Positions 18,101 through 28,800 of a stretch of DNA of 64,000 nt are shown here, piece by piece. Source of the stretch: a virus; IMG/VR virus record IMGVR_UViG_3300042691_050360, positions 102,523 to 166,522 of that record; one strand, written 5' to 3'. Under the pieces are notes generated by a model. That model searched no databases. It was given only the letters and a program-made list of their open reading frames with translations, and had not been told where the DNA came from. Position numbers and translations under genes: made by a program. The stretch's first letter is position 1. Each line of letters opens with the position of its first letter.

Positions 18101-18638
18101 GTACAGATATATAGACAGCCAGCAAAAAGTCCACACCATTGATGTTTACAATGAAAAAGATATCGCCTTTTATGAAAAACTAATACAAAATCCAGAAGAG
18201 GCTTATATTGATAATATTGAGTCTTACATAGGCTATCAAAAGTTAATTATGTTTGATAACGCACCGCAAGAATTCGGGGAAAGCCAAATCCCCAATACTT
18301 TGATACCATCAAATAAATATGCCAAATCTTGGGTTGAGAGAATTTTTAAATCTGCATACACTGATGTTTATGAAACCATCAGTCTTAAAGCCTTCGTAAC
18401 AAAGCCCCTGAAGGAATGGGGTAGTTTTTATGTTGCTTTTGAAGAAGATGGGAGGCTATTTACTTTTGAGCAGGGCTCCGGGAGAATAATCGAATTACAA
18501 GATGATAAGAAATCCGGAGATGTCAGAATGCCCGATAGATACTTGTATCAATCGGTAACATACAATTTTGACATAGATAAAAATCTGATAACTGCTGAAA
18601 TTCAAGCTTCCAAGAAGGCTATTCAAGCACTTGATTAA
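15171..18638 (+). CDS. baseplate hub-like protein (1155 aa)
   Basis: The C-terminal half has ELDIQFLN...IRVSAGYETLYPFFEGMVEDIKV...VKVQSKDLL and a terminal YLYQSVTYNFD...ITAEI, a pattern typical of gpD/gp44-type hubs. Confidence 0.55.
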   Translation: MAVGTQIQESNYSNFDFSDSINLKKSQLNIKIELGVLNIKSRSGFQQSYAENISENQFFPLAGGKQAQSFVSTPTLNPNKSQTLVSTVNGIMNQHFTVTGAPYCTFVEGTLEAGAEHPYYNLIKGPPTAPFYESSSTLSYAPSNPAILTQFFQQSYNSESLVFNKVGSPFIPGTTKTSNAVDEKKKAGAISTITSYNIWEVENLGGIDPRDPKQRENKTQFFNFQRYLGFLPKPGATLDKIQPYAQTVSFSDTAEIQVFASNSQVSLRRYYPMSKDYAHESGCKYLIYDSATGSAPELKAEPLKLDKVYYTPDPKKPNITKKVPAVGFVLKLSSVVLNNIPPTAAQNNPTILAAPQILVSWGRINASEEELKQATKLGEICKYTLKLSANETPTVYFNITDRELTNDVVSANNKSVSLTALKGLASQDGNTGAKSPNDLQIFVYYTGPYMQIGNTPNPGEWQTVAAPDEIPLDNYPGEPASQPTKKLRHMLDDTSEIRISAQFVNFTFSYGPPLFSPYDPNNINKFSANLANTLNFISGDEPESAEEAQSEPSVFNGFSVSATARTSIAENILNNSILTFGSAEDLDVNVKPDDINNEITEINSAAFIDARADISAADFSYDTVASGTKFKLTFPKNAGGFTFNNFKPVFAPEPDIKESYTNYEFKIRNSKDTISEILSNSVKSLSLTKRLDEDKNARISSELDIQFLNLNKSESGLKILQFMRQNITTIRVSAGYETLYPFFEGMVEDIKVTEGLSETIVKVQSKDLLQKIFVDDETIIVSTVYMNFQGMRYNKVINQMVYYSELHNHFKYALGDPTAAGKDGQTLGYAFNFNEFYRLPPIDVSSLSPKAASLKIVPYDDKVNTYYNLLAYIKNLSIQISDGRSQNSVRFDVPIYYWYTSGSGEDKDFQGTKEVIRGNGIVMSSRTMSKDTDTFYLSKKNISKEMTTDISSLHGMLSGSEAFTSTSKSTNLFRQGKYRYIDSQQKVHTIDVYNEKDIAFYEKLIQNPEEAYIDNIESYIGYQKLIMFDNAPQEFGESQIPNTLIPSNKYAKSWVERIFKSAYTDVYETISLKAFVTKPLKEWGSFYVAFEEDGRLFTFEQGSGRIIELQDDKKSGDVRMPDRYLYQSVTYNFDIDKNLITAEIQASKKAIQALD

Positions 18639-18753
18639 TCTAGCTAAGCTACTCAGTATATTCTGTAATTCACCCCGCTCGCACAGGTATTTTGGTAGAA
18701 AAGATTAAATATTAACTTAGGGTGCTTGTGATTAGTCATGGGCTGAAAACTAT

Positions 18754-18966
18754 ATGAGATTCACAAGTTTGTCAGAAGCTATTAGATTTTACTCAAGAGA
18801 GGAGAATATTATGAATAATTTACCGCCATATTCATCCCTCGCGGCGGAGTTAAAAATAATTCCTCAAAACACTCATTCCGTGCCCCCTCCCCCAAATGTG
18901 CTTACCTACGGTCAATCCATTTGGGGGATTGGAAAGATTATAGAAATTTCTGAGCCTCAAGTATGA
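18754..18966 (+). CDS. small hypothetical protein (may start at 18811)
   Basis: GAGGAG SD before the in-frame ATG at 18811; ATGA overlap with the next gene. Confidence 0.6.
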   Translation: MRFTSLSEAIRFYSREENIMNNLPPYSSLAAELKIIPQNTHSVPPPPNVLTYGQSIWGIGKIIEISEPQV

Positions 18967-21900
18967 ACGAAACTCCAATTTATCAATTAGGTTATTTTGT
19001 CCCCAATATGACAATGGGTAATAATCTCGATATGGACAAAAATCGCTTCACCACGATTGAAAATCAACTCTACAATGTTTATAATATTTTTGGAAACGGA
19101 ATTCTGTCTGTTTACGATTCTTCCGGTCAGCAAGTTTCATCTTGGGTTTTGTCGTCCGTTCCAAATGAAAGAAGTGTTCAGATTTCTTCAGGCAAGGGAC
19201 ATATAGCCTACAAGTACACTGAAACTACATCTGCTGAGAATATTGACTTAATTCTCCCAGGTGGCACCACTTCGGGAAGTTTTTGGTATTATTTATACGC
19301 CACACCCAATCTGCTCACTCCCACGGAAAAATCTGTAACATTTCTAGCCTCTTTAACGCAGATATCAGATCCTGTGAATTATATTGGCCTTGGAGCCGCG
19401 TTTTTATATATCAACCCATCCGATGGATCTTTCACAGTAACAGTTTACAATACATCAGATTACGGCCGACAGGAAATTTCATTATTTGCCTCCTTAACAA
19501 GTTTGGTTAAAAACCACGTTCATATAGGTGGGCCAAATAATCCATCCCCTATTGACCTTGGCAAACATGTCACTGGATTTCTTTCTTCAGAAAATATAAG
19601 CAACATTGATTTAAATAAGGTTACATCTGGAACATTAGATCCTAACCGACTCCCCTTAATAAATCATAATTCTTTAACGGACATTGGAACTCTTACGCAC
19701 GATCAGATTGATTCGTTGCTCGCGGCTTTGCAATATCCAGGGGCTAATTACAATCTTTCTGATTATGGAATTGTTAATCGCCTTCAAATAATCTTGGCAT
19801 TAAAAAAGCAATCTGGTTTTTTCAACATTGACGGTGAGCAGCTGAATTCTATTTTTTACCTACCATACCCTCAGTTGGAAAATTTTGTAGATAGAGCTAA
19901 TACCACTGCAGTTGTCAATAATGAAATTCACAGAGTTTACGGCGTTACGGGGCTTGCTAGACAATCAAACATTATTAAGATCAACACCACTCAGGATTTC
20001 AATACCGCATTATTTTACGCGGAAGACTCTGTTATAAATCCTCCTGTTTCTAACATCCAAGTTACAGGTGTTACTACCACATCATTGGCGGGGACGATCA
20101 ATATGCCTTACGGCTTAACTGGTTCAGCAAGCACAATTTATGTCTCAAGCTCTCAAGATTCCTATGTTTCCTCTTTCAGCACTTCTGGCACATTTATAAA
20201 CAGGAGAATAGATTTTGATCCCAATTTGAATCTTAACTCACCGCTTGGACTTTGGTACGACAAAGTTTCTGGTTATCTTTATATTGCAGACACATTTAAT
20301 CACCGAATTATCGTCACCGATTCAACCTTAACCAATCTGATAGCGAAGATAGGTGCCAATGACGCTTCTGGCATGCCAGGGCCTGGTTCAGGCAATGGCT
20401 TCAATTTTCCAAAGGGGGTTTATGGAATGGGAAATACTTTTTATGTTTCTGATTCCGGCAATAATCAAATTCAAAAATACATATGGCAATCTGGTAATGC
20501 AAATTGGCAACGAACATATCAATACTCTGATGGTACAATTTTCGGTCTTAACCAATCATTGAGTGATCCTCGTGGATTGTTTGCCACATCTGTGGGAACT
20601 CAGAATTTTCTTTTTGTTGCAGACTATAATAATCACAGAGTTTTATGCGGAATTGAGACTAACAATAGCTATAGCGTTTATCAGGTATTGGGGCAAAATT
20701 CAGCTGGCTTTGGGATCTTCAACACTAACCTCATCACATATGATGAGTCTCTTAATGTTGTTGGAACGGGCGTGGCGTTCACATTTAATAACACCATTGT
20801 TGGAACCATATCTACCATTGGGGTGGCAAATTCGGGCGTTAACTATTCAGATTTTGATACTTTTATTGTTTATTATAACGGAAACAACAATGGACTAATT
20901 AATGTTCTTACTGACGGTGCTGGGCATATCACCACAGCTTTTGTTTCATATGGATTTTCAACAACAAACAATCTTGGCTTTGATCACCCACAGGGTATAG
21001 CTTTCACCCAAATGGGCACAAATCTTAATCTTCTAATCACAGACACTGACAACAATCGAGTGGTTAGCTATAATGCATCTTCTGTGGGCGTAGGCACCAC
21101 TAATAATCAATTTAATTTTGGCTATACGTTCGGCACCGCAGGAAGTTTAAACGACACACCATCTCTTATTTACTTTAACAGACCAACTGGTATATATGCA
21201 CAACAGGGCTTCGGCACGGTTTTTGTTGCTGATAGCTTGAACAACAGGGTTCATGGACTAACTACAACTTTTACTACATTCTCAACATCGTCAATTTCTT
21301 CGCTATCTACATCTATTTTTGGAGTAGGAGATACTTCGCTCACTAGCGGAGGAATAACACTAACTCAACCTATTGGTTATGTTGGCATAGCCACTCCATC
21401 TACTGGCTTTGTTACTCCTCCCAATTGGTTTGTCGGCGAGCAAATATCTCAGGGTACACAGGTTCAGGCTGATATAATCGCCAGATATTCATATGTAACA
21501 TTTAGCACGAAAACATTTGACATCCAAGACACAATCGCTGTGGCAATCGGCACAATAAATGAATCAGCTAACCAGAACTTAGGTCAGATTGGGTGTTATT
21601 TAGTTTTTGATGACAATTTTAGCGATGGAACAAAAATAACATTTTCGCTAACTAATAATTCCGCAAAACCAAGCATCAGAATATCAAGCATATTTACTTT
21701 GCGACAGCAAGGCTTAACAAACAATCAGCTATTTAATTTCGTAGCTCTGTCTAATTTCACAACTCAGCCAAATCCATCCGTGATTGGATTCGGGTTTAAG
21801 TGGAGTACAGAAACTGGATGGGCAAATAGTGACATCCTTCAATTAGGTTGGTATCTGCCGGAATTTGATTCAAATCTTCTTAGGGTATCATATCCCAAAG

Positions 21901-24002
21901 TTCTGAACTACAGACAAAAATATGGATTTAAAAATAGCATCTTTGCATTCAATGCAAATCGTTACTCACCAACTGGAGTATTTGTTTTCAGGTTTGATTC
22001 CGGACTAAGCGGGGGAACTACATTTGATTATGGAAGTTTTATCTTTGCAAATCCTGTTTCCGCTGGTGGTGCATCTTCGATTCAATTTTATTACAGAACC
22101 GCTAATACACTCCAGGAGCTGAACACTTCTGGACAAAAAAATCAGATATTTCCAGTTTCGGGCGGAAGTGCTTCCATAAATGCCTCTGGTAGATTCATAG
22201 ATTTACTCTTCTATTTTAACGCATCTAATATTGATTCATTAGCAGCACCTGTATTGAGTAGCATTTCGCTTTACTATACGGTTTTTGGATCGGCAACAGG
22301 CATTATTTATGACACAAATGTTAACAATGCACCAGCTGGATCTTACCCTAGATTTAAATGGTCTCAGGGATCTCTTTCAAATATAGATATACTTCCCGTT
22401 CCAGGTGGCAATACACAATCTTATCAAATTGAGATATCTAATACTGAAAATCTCAATAAATACACATTCTTGTCTGCAAATAATTTGCAATTTGCTTCAG
22501 GTGATAATTCAAGTGGATTCGTTGATATCAATAATAATTTCTATCTTTCACCATACCAGGCTTTTGCCGGCCTTGAAAGTGGTCTTCTTAGCCCCCAGCA
22601 TTACGTTGCAAACAGCTCCAACGGATATTTCATAGCAGACACGGGCAATGATCGAGTGATAGAGGTGGATTCTGATGGTTCTATAGCAAGGGCGATCCAA
22701 GGCAATATTACTCTTCCAAGATGTGATCGGGCTTTTGCGGTTCTGGGGGCTTTCTATAACCAGAACACCAAGCAGCTCTATGTTCCATTTAGCCAGTACC
22801 TCTTTTTGCCCAATAGCTATCTTCAACAGCTGGCTATTTATATAAACGGCGTATCATATAATCTTTCAAATTCCGCGTTCTTTGTGCAGACTGACACCGG
22901 GCTTTTTGCTATCAATTCGAATAATCAATCTTCTACTTTTTACGCCACAGCAACCACCGCTATGGATGCGATAATCGGTGAGTATCCTGATGATATTAAA
23001 TTCCAGATACAAAATCCCCAACAAAACCCTCCATTCCAGGTTCCAACCACGGGCAGAAGTGATGGAAATGAGCCAGAAAATGAATCAATAATTTATGACA
23101 ACATTACATTCTCTGAGTTTGTTTCAAATAGAAATCAGGGAATTGGAACTGTATTGAATTTTGAAAATAACATTACAGAGGTTGTAATTGATCCAACCAC
23201 ATTTGGCACGGCTGATGCAACAACAACCGTTCTGTGGAGCTACTGGCAGGGTAATAATCAATTCCCTAACTATTCCACATTCTACTCAATTCCTGTAAAT
23301 GTATTCCCAATTTATTTTGACAATATTTTCAAGCCCTTACATCTGGATTACACAGAAAGCGAGACACTTGTCGTCTCAACTGTTGGCAACACTGCAGTCA
23401 GGGCGTATAATAACTTGTTCGAACTTGATTATAAAATTAGCATTGGTAATTTCAATTTTAATGAGAAGCTTGGCGGATCAACTGTTATTCTCGACAGGGG
23501 TGCTTTGGAGCCAGGTAATATTCTTCTAGTTGCAAATCCAGGAATAGGGACTACTACTATTATTGGAAATGTTTTTGTTTACAATAGAAACACCGCGTCT
23601 TTAATAAATAGATATCAGTATGAAAATCTTGATGCAGTTAAGGCCTATCCAAATAATGATAACTACCTTGTTCTATTAAATGACAGAATTGGTAGAATTA
23701 GATCTAAGCTTATAGAAATTAGCCAAGACGGAACAAATACATATTCTCTGTCTAACATTTTCACAAGACCTGTTTCTTTGGATATTCAAGAAAATGGCCT
23801 TTTTTATGTAACTGATATTACTGGGCAATATGGAAATATTTATTTCCGGACGTTTGTCGGTGATGGTTCAGGAAATTCAACAGGTCAATCAGGTGGCCCT
23901 TCTGGCGGTGGATCGGGCGGAAATACGGGTTCGCCTCCTGGAGGCAATGCAGGTGGATCTCTCATCGGTGGTGGTGGCGACGGAAGGGCATTATCGCCTT
24001 AA
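18963..24002 (+). CDS. NHL-repeat virion protein (1679 aa; tail fibre/baseplate)
   Basis: Several NHL repeats (LNSPLGL...YIADTFNHRI, FNFPKGV...VSDSGNNQI, FNRPTGI...VADSLNNRV) and a Gly-rich tail. Confidence 0.8.
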   Translation: MNETPIYQLGYFVPNMTMGNNLDMDKNRFTTIENQLYNVYNIFGNGILSVYDSSGQQVSSWVLSSVPNERSVQISSGKGHIAYKYTETTSAENIDLILPGGTTSGSFWYYLYATPNLLTPTEKSVTFLASLTQISDPVNYIGLGAAFLYINPSDGSFTVTVYNTSDYGRQEISLFASLTSLVKNHVHIGGPNNPSPIDLGKHVTGFLSSENISNIDLNKVTSGTLDPNRLPLINHNSLTDIGTLTHDQIDSLLAALQYPGANYNLSDYGIVNRLQIILALKKQSGFFNIDGEQLNSIFYLPYPQLENFVDRANTTAVVNNEIHRVYGVTGLARQSNIIKINTTQDFNTALFYAEDSVINPPVSNIQVTGVTTTSLAGTINMPYGLTGSASTIYVSSSQDSYVSSFSTSGTFINRRIDFDPNLNLNSPLGLWYDKVSGYLYIADTFNHRIIVTDSTLTNLIAKIGANDASGMPGPGSGNGFNFPKGVYGMGNTFYVSDSGNNQIQKYIWQSGNANWQRTYQYSDGTIFGLNQSLSDPRGLFATSVGTQNFLFVADYNNHRVLCGIETNNSYSVYQVLGQNSAGFGIFNTNLITYDESLNVVGTGVAFTFNNTIVGTISTIGVANSGVNYSDFDTFIVYYNGNNNGLINVLTDGAGHITTAFVSYGFSTTNNLGFDHPQGIAFTQMGTNLNLLITDTDNNRVVSYNASSVGVGTTNNQFNFGYTFGTAGSLNDTPSLIYFNRPTGIYAQQGFGTVFVADSLNNRVHGLTTTFTTFSTSSISSLSTSIFGVGDTSLTSGGITLTQPIGYVGIATPSTGFVTPPNWFVGEQISQGTQVQADIIARYSYVTFSTKTFDIQDTIAVAIGTINESANQNLGQIGCYLVFDDNFSDGTKITFSLTNNSAKPSIRISSIFTLRQQGLTNNQLFNFVALSNFTTQPNPSVIGFGFKWSTETGWANSDILQLGWYLPEFDSNLLRVSYPKVLNYRQKYGFKNSIFAFNANRYSPTGVFVFRFDSGLSGGTTFDYGSFIFANPVSAGGASSIQFYYRTANTLQELNTSGQKNQIFPVSGGSASINASGRFIDLLFYFNASNIDSLAAPVLSSISLYYTVFGSATGIIYDTNVNNAPAGSYPRFKWSQGSLSNIDILPVPGGNTQSYQIEISNTENLNKYTFLSANNLQFASGDNSSGFVDINNNFYLSPYQAFAGLESGLLSPQHYVANSSNGYFIADTGNDRVIEVDSDGSIARAIQGNITLPRCDRAFAVLGAFYNQNTKQLYVPFSQYLFLPNSYLQQLAIYINGVSYNLSNSAFFVQTDTGLFAINSNNQSSTFYATATTAMDAIIGEYPDDIKFQIQNPQQNPPFQVPTTGRSDGNEPENESIIYDNITFSEFVSNRNQGIGTVLNFENNITEVVIDPTTFGTADATTTVLWSYWQGNNQFPNYSTFYSIPVNVFPIYFDNIFKPLHLDYTESETLVVSTVGNTAVRAYNNLFELDYKISIGNFNFNEKLGGSTVILDRGALEPGNILLVANPGIGTTTIIGNVFVYNRNTASLINRYQYENLDAVKAYPNNDNYLVLLNDRIGRIRSKLIEISQDGTNTYSLSNIFTRPVSLDIQENGLFYVTDITGQYGNIYFRTFVGDGSGNSTGQSGGPSGGGSGGNTGSPPGGNAGGSLIGGGGDGRALSP

Positions 24003-24012
24003 GGAGAGTAAA

Positions 24013-25884
24013 TTGGCAGTTAACTTCAAATATGCTAAAAACGCTTTTCAAGCTTACAGTTTTACACCCAGTGAACAATCTGTTTTTAATGAATTCCCTC
24101 GTTATTCAATAACTTTCTACGACGATCAGGATTTTAAGTTTAAGAGACAATCTGTAAATGGTAAATCAGTTTTATCAAAAATCATCTCAGATGATTTTTA
24201 TCCTTTCAATCTATCTTATGAAGATAGAACAAATTACATATCTGGAAAAAGTAATGTATTAAAAGTATTTTTTGCTAAGATACTTGTTTACAAAACAATT
24301 ACACAAGATACTGTTGGCCAAACATCTAATGTTTTTTACCTGACTAGAACACAAACACTAGGCAACTCGACAACCCTGTATTATTCCGTGAGATGCATTG
24401 AGAAAAATTCTCAGTACACCGTGTATTCTTCTCGGATTTCTTTAAATAATTCAGATTTTGTGAATCAGTTTGACGGAGAAGCCTTTTTCACACTCGTTGG
24501 TGACTTTTCGGTAAACCTTGAGTATCCAATTAGTTTAACCTTACTGGACGCATCCACAACAAGCATTTTCATGACAACTACAACGCCCATCCTTAACACA
24601 ATAGATGCTAGTGTTAATAGTTTGAATTTTTACGAGAATGTCGTGGTGAATTTTGATTATTATCAATATTCAGATTCTTTTGATTATAATTTTGAGCCCC
24701 TTAACCTTACCCTAACTACTGAAGTTTTTTCGTCCAGCCCAAACTTGTACACCACTAACACAAGCGGAGGCACATCTATTAGATTTAACTTCTTTGAAGG
24801 ATATCCTGTATCTAACTTAACAAACTTTGCCCTTACCTTGACAAATGCTTCTGTGGGATATAATCCAAATACCGACACACTATTTACATTAACTTTTAAA
24901 TTCAGCAATGGAGATTTTATTTCAGTAAACGCATGCGAAATATTTAATAACTTCCAGAATAATTATTACAATATAGTTTTTAACTTCAGTGATGTTATTT
25001 GGCCCGATAATTTTATAAATTACTTTATACTTGAGATTAAGACGCTCGCTATATCTGTAACCGAGCCATACACGATTACTTATTTGAATTTTGTAAAAGA
25101 ACAGAGCAGTGTTAGTAGCTTTTCTTTTAAAAGCTTCTCAACACAATCTGAAGCTTCAATATACACATACAGCCCTGTAAAAACAAAAATAGATATAGAC
25201 AGCCTTGAGAATCAATCTTTAGTCCTTGGTAGTGATATTTTTTCTATAGTGGACACAGTATTTAAGATTAAAGATGATTCGAATTTTCAAATAACCACCC
25301 AATCTGGATCTGTTATTCTTCCAGAGTCTGCGTTGCTGAAGTCAGAGAATATATATATTCCTGTATTCAATCTGCAAAAGGGCACTAAAATAAGAACATT
25401 AGATTCTTTTGAGAGCATTACATCCATTAAAGTTCTTTCACCAAGCTTCATTGAAATGATAGACACTTATGCAGAAGAGGATTATTTCATTAATGGTTTT
25501 TTGGTTAAAAACCCATTCTTCACAAAGTCTGTAGAAAGAAGAATTTTGACTAAAAAGCAATATAATACAAATCTTGATAAGATTGAGATTGATCAGAATC
25601 TCATCCCGATGCATAGCGATGGTCTTTTTAGTTTCTTGAATAAAGAGCTTTTTTTCAAAGAAAATTTATCTAGCGAAATTATTGTTCATAGCCAATCCGC
25701 TTCCACCTTCAAGGCACTGATCGCATCTTCAGCTCCAGTCATAATGGAATACGATAAAAATGTAAAATTATTTAATAACAAAGAGATTATAGAAATAAAA
25801 TTAAAAAATGATTTAACCCCGATAATCTTGAAATCTACAAAGAGTTTCTCAATTAAAAAACTTTTAATAACCAATGAATTTTAA
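24013..25884 (+). CDS. virion protein with a degenerate Hint-like domain; partial paralog of 25874..31789
   Basis: AAGGAG SD before the TTG at 24013, in frame with the 23830 ORF. Contains [12 protein letters not shown]...ITSIK...[11 protein letters not shown]. Confidence 0.7.
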   Translation: MAVNFKYAKNAFQAYSFTPSEQSVFNEFPRYSITFYDDQDFKFKRQSVNGKSVLSKIISDDFYPFNLSYEDRTNYISGKSNVLKVFFAKILVYKTITQDTVGQTSNVFYLTRTQTLGNSTTLYYSVRCIEKNSQYTVYSSRISLNNSDFVNQFDGEAFFTLVGDFSVNLEYPISLTLLDASTTSIFMTTTTPILNTIDASVNSLNFYENVVVNFDYYQYSDSFDYNFEPLNLTLTTEVFSSSPNLYTTNTSGGTSIRFNFFEGYPVSNLTNFALTLTNASVGYNPNTDTLFTLTFKFSNGDFISVNACEIFNNFQNNYYNIVFNFSDVIWPDNFINYFILEIKTLAISVTEPYTITYLNFVKEQSSVSSFSFKSFSTQSEASIYTYSPVKTKIDIDSLENQSLVLGSDIFSIVDTVFKIKDDSNFQITTQSGSVILPESALLKSENIYIPVFNLQKGTKIRTLDSFESITSIKVLSPSFIEMIDTYAEEDYFINGFLVKNPFFTKSVERRILTKKQYNTNLDKIEIDQNLIPMHSDGLFSFLNKELFFKENLSSEIIVHSQSASTFKALIASSAPVIMEYDKNVKLFNNKEIIEIKLKNDLTPIILKSTKSFSIKKLLITNEF

Positions 25885-28800
25885 TCTAGCTAAGAAGAAA
25901 GAAGGAGTGGAGCTCACATTCGGAGATCATGCCGTATGTGTTTTTGTAAACTCAAATCTTGTTGGCGAAAATATGATTATCTCAGATCGTGTTTCTATTT
26001 TAGCTAAGGAAGAATTAGAAAAAATAACATTTGATCTTTCAAGCACTGAATATGACATAGTAACACTGAGGTTCGATAAGGTTAAGAAAATCAAAGAAGG
26101 ATCTTACTATGTAGAAGTGGCAACGGGGCTGATAATAATCGAATGCGATAAAGCCTCTTTAATTTCGGATAAAAATTTAATCCTTAGTGTAAACGGGACG
26201 CTATCTATTACTTTCTCTGCTCAACAGAAATCGTCATCCGCTGTTTCAGCTTTTGCTGCTTCATTTTCTGCTTCTTCATTTTCGGCAGCATCATTTGTTT
26301 CGGAGGGTTTTTATGAAAAAAATCTACCATCGTTCTCTATCACATTTTATCGAGATTTTCAAAATGGTGAATTTATTGATAGATTTGATTCCTATAAGGA
26401 CCGTCAAATAATTAGCTCAAATAGTCCTTCGCAGGAACAAGCTGTATCTGTTTTTGTAAAAGTCATTAGCCACTTCTCTGACGAACTCGCCGCCGGAACA
26501 GTAAATCAAAATTATAAACTTGCCATATATTCTGATTTCTATACGAACCCAGATAATACAAGATATGCAGCTCTCACCAAGGTTATCAATACCCCGGAAG
26601 GATCTGTGTATTTTAGTTTGCTCTCCATCAACGCCGCAAATTATATAAACTTTTTTGACGGCATCAGAGAGTGCAGGGTTGAGGTTGAAAAATTTGTTTT
26701 CCAAAACACAATTAGTGTTCAGGCTAATATTGCAGGCGGCCCAAGCTCTCCCCCTCCCTCTTCTAATGTTAACGCCGGCCAGGACACGCTGACTGCACTC
26801 CCGTCACAAGGCTGTTGCTATCAGTTTTTAACTCAATTTGTGTCGCCACCTGGAACCGAGCCAATACCTTCATATACTGCTTCTTGGCCTTTGCTATCTT
26901 GGCAACTTGACAACGAAGGTTATTTATACGACTATTCAATTCCTGAAACCACAACTAATCGAAAAACCACATTCCCGTCTAGTGCAACAGCACCATACGA
27001 AAATGGAAATTATTATGCCGGAATAAACGCTAAATATGATTTTACAAACTTTGATTACAGGAGATATAATTGGATTTCATTATTTTTTGTTTCATATTCT
27101 GATATCCAAAACGCAAATTTTAACCCAGATACATACATTCTGGAATTCAATTATTTTTATGATGGGCTAAATCAGCCCGATGCATTTTCTGCATGCGGAG
27201 ATGAAGGTGTGATCACATCTTTCGTGAACTCTGACGTATCCGATGGAGGTCTTTATAACACCACATGCTATGGCCTTCAATATTATTTTGATTTTGCAGG
27301 TAATTTAAGATCCGATAAAATTCTTACAAGTTTTGAAGCTAGATTGAAAAAGATCACATCCACTTTTCCAGACGAATTCAGATTGTATGATTTTAAGATT
27401 TTTTCAATAAGTTGCTCTCCTTTACCCACTCCATCTCCAACACCCACGAGTGTTCCGATGGTTATTGAAAGCTACGATATAACTTCAACCAATCCGCTAT
27501 CTGTAAGAATGTTAAATCAGCCAGCTGACAATAATTTAGTTACCTCTGGAACAACTCAGTATACATTGAATTACAATTCTGGCTCATCTGTTCAGATTAC
27601 AGCACCTGTTAATGGATATTTCGTAGATCGAATAACATACCAAGCCGCACAATATACTTTTAATTATTGGATAGTTAATGGGTCAGCCACCCCAAATTAC
27701 AATAATGTTCAATCATTGAGCATTTCTTCTTTGGATTCAAATCTTTCCGCATATTATTCCAAAACACCCATCACCCCTGGTGTTCCTCCGCCTCCCACCG
27801 TCATATTTAACATAAAGGCGTTTGATCTAAATTCAGGGCACCCACTAGAAGCGGGGGTGTTCTGTTCGCCACAAGATCTTAATAATACTTTAACTTTTGT
27901 TACAGAAGCTAATTTAATTTATGCCTCTTCTCTAGTAAGCACAGCAACAATAACCACAAATAGTGGTACATACAGGGATTTAGCAACAGGAAATCTTGGC
28001 TCATATAATTTTCAATATTGGTCAGTTGATGGCTCGATCCAATACCAAAACACAATCATAGTGCCACTGAGCTCGAATCACAATCTGATCGCATATTTTG
28101 GCACGGGATCTCCTCAGCCCTCTCCGCCCCCTTCTCCACCGCCGCCCCAAACAGGCCTTGATGACTCCTGTTGGCCTAAATTCGGAAAAGATTTGGCTTC
28201 AACTGGTAAGTCAACTTGTAGCGGCACTGGAGGTGTGATGGGCAAAAAGTGGCAATACAGCAATGACTCGGATGGTATTATTGATACTCAGATTGTTGCC
28301 CCTGTAATTGATAAAAATCAAGTGGTGTACTATTTTTATAAAAAAACAAACACATCGCTAATGGCTTTTGTTGGTGTTAAAGATGTAAATAATTCACCTA
28401 GTTTAGTCTTTTCCACCCTTTTCCAGGCGGAGGCAATACAATCTACTCCAATAATTGACAAAAGTCAGCGTGTTTATGCCATTATTGATGCAAAAGTTAC
28501 CTGCTTTAGCCAGCCAACAAACCCATCCGCCCTCAATTCTTCTGTCGTATGGGTTTGCCCTGAGCAAGTTTTTTCAGAGAGCTTAACGATAGATTCATCT
28601 GGCAATCTATACGCTGTATCCTTGAATCGTGGGTTGATTTGTATTGATAAAACAGGTGTAGTTCAGTGGTCGCTTTTCTTCGGTTTTAGTCAAGCAAATC
28701 AAAGAATGATAACACCTTCCTATCTCGTGATAGGAACTAATGATCTGATATATTTTGCTTTCGGTATCCAAGACAGACTAAATCCAGACATATCAGGAGC

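Noticed and set aside
23830-24012. Long overlap between the 1679-aa gene and the 684-aa ORF
   Set aside because: An SD plus TTG at 24013 explains the start without invoking overlap or frameshift.
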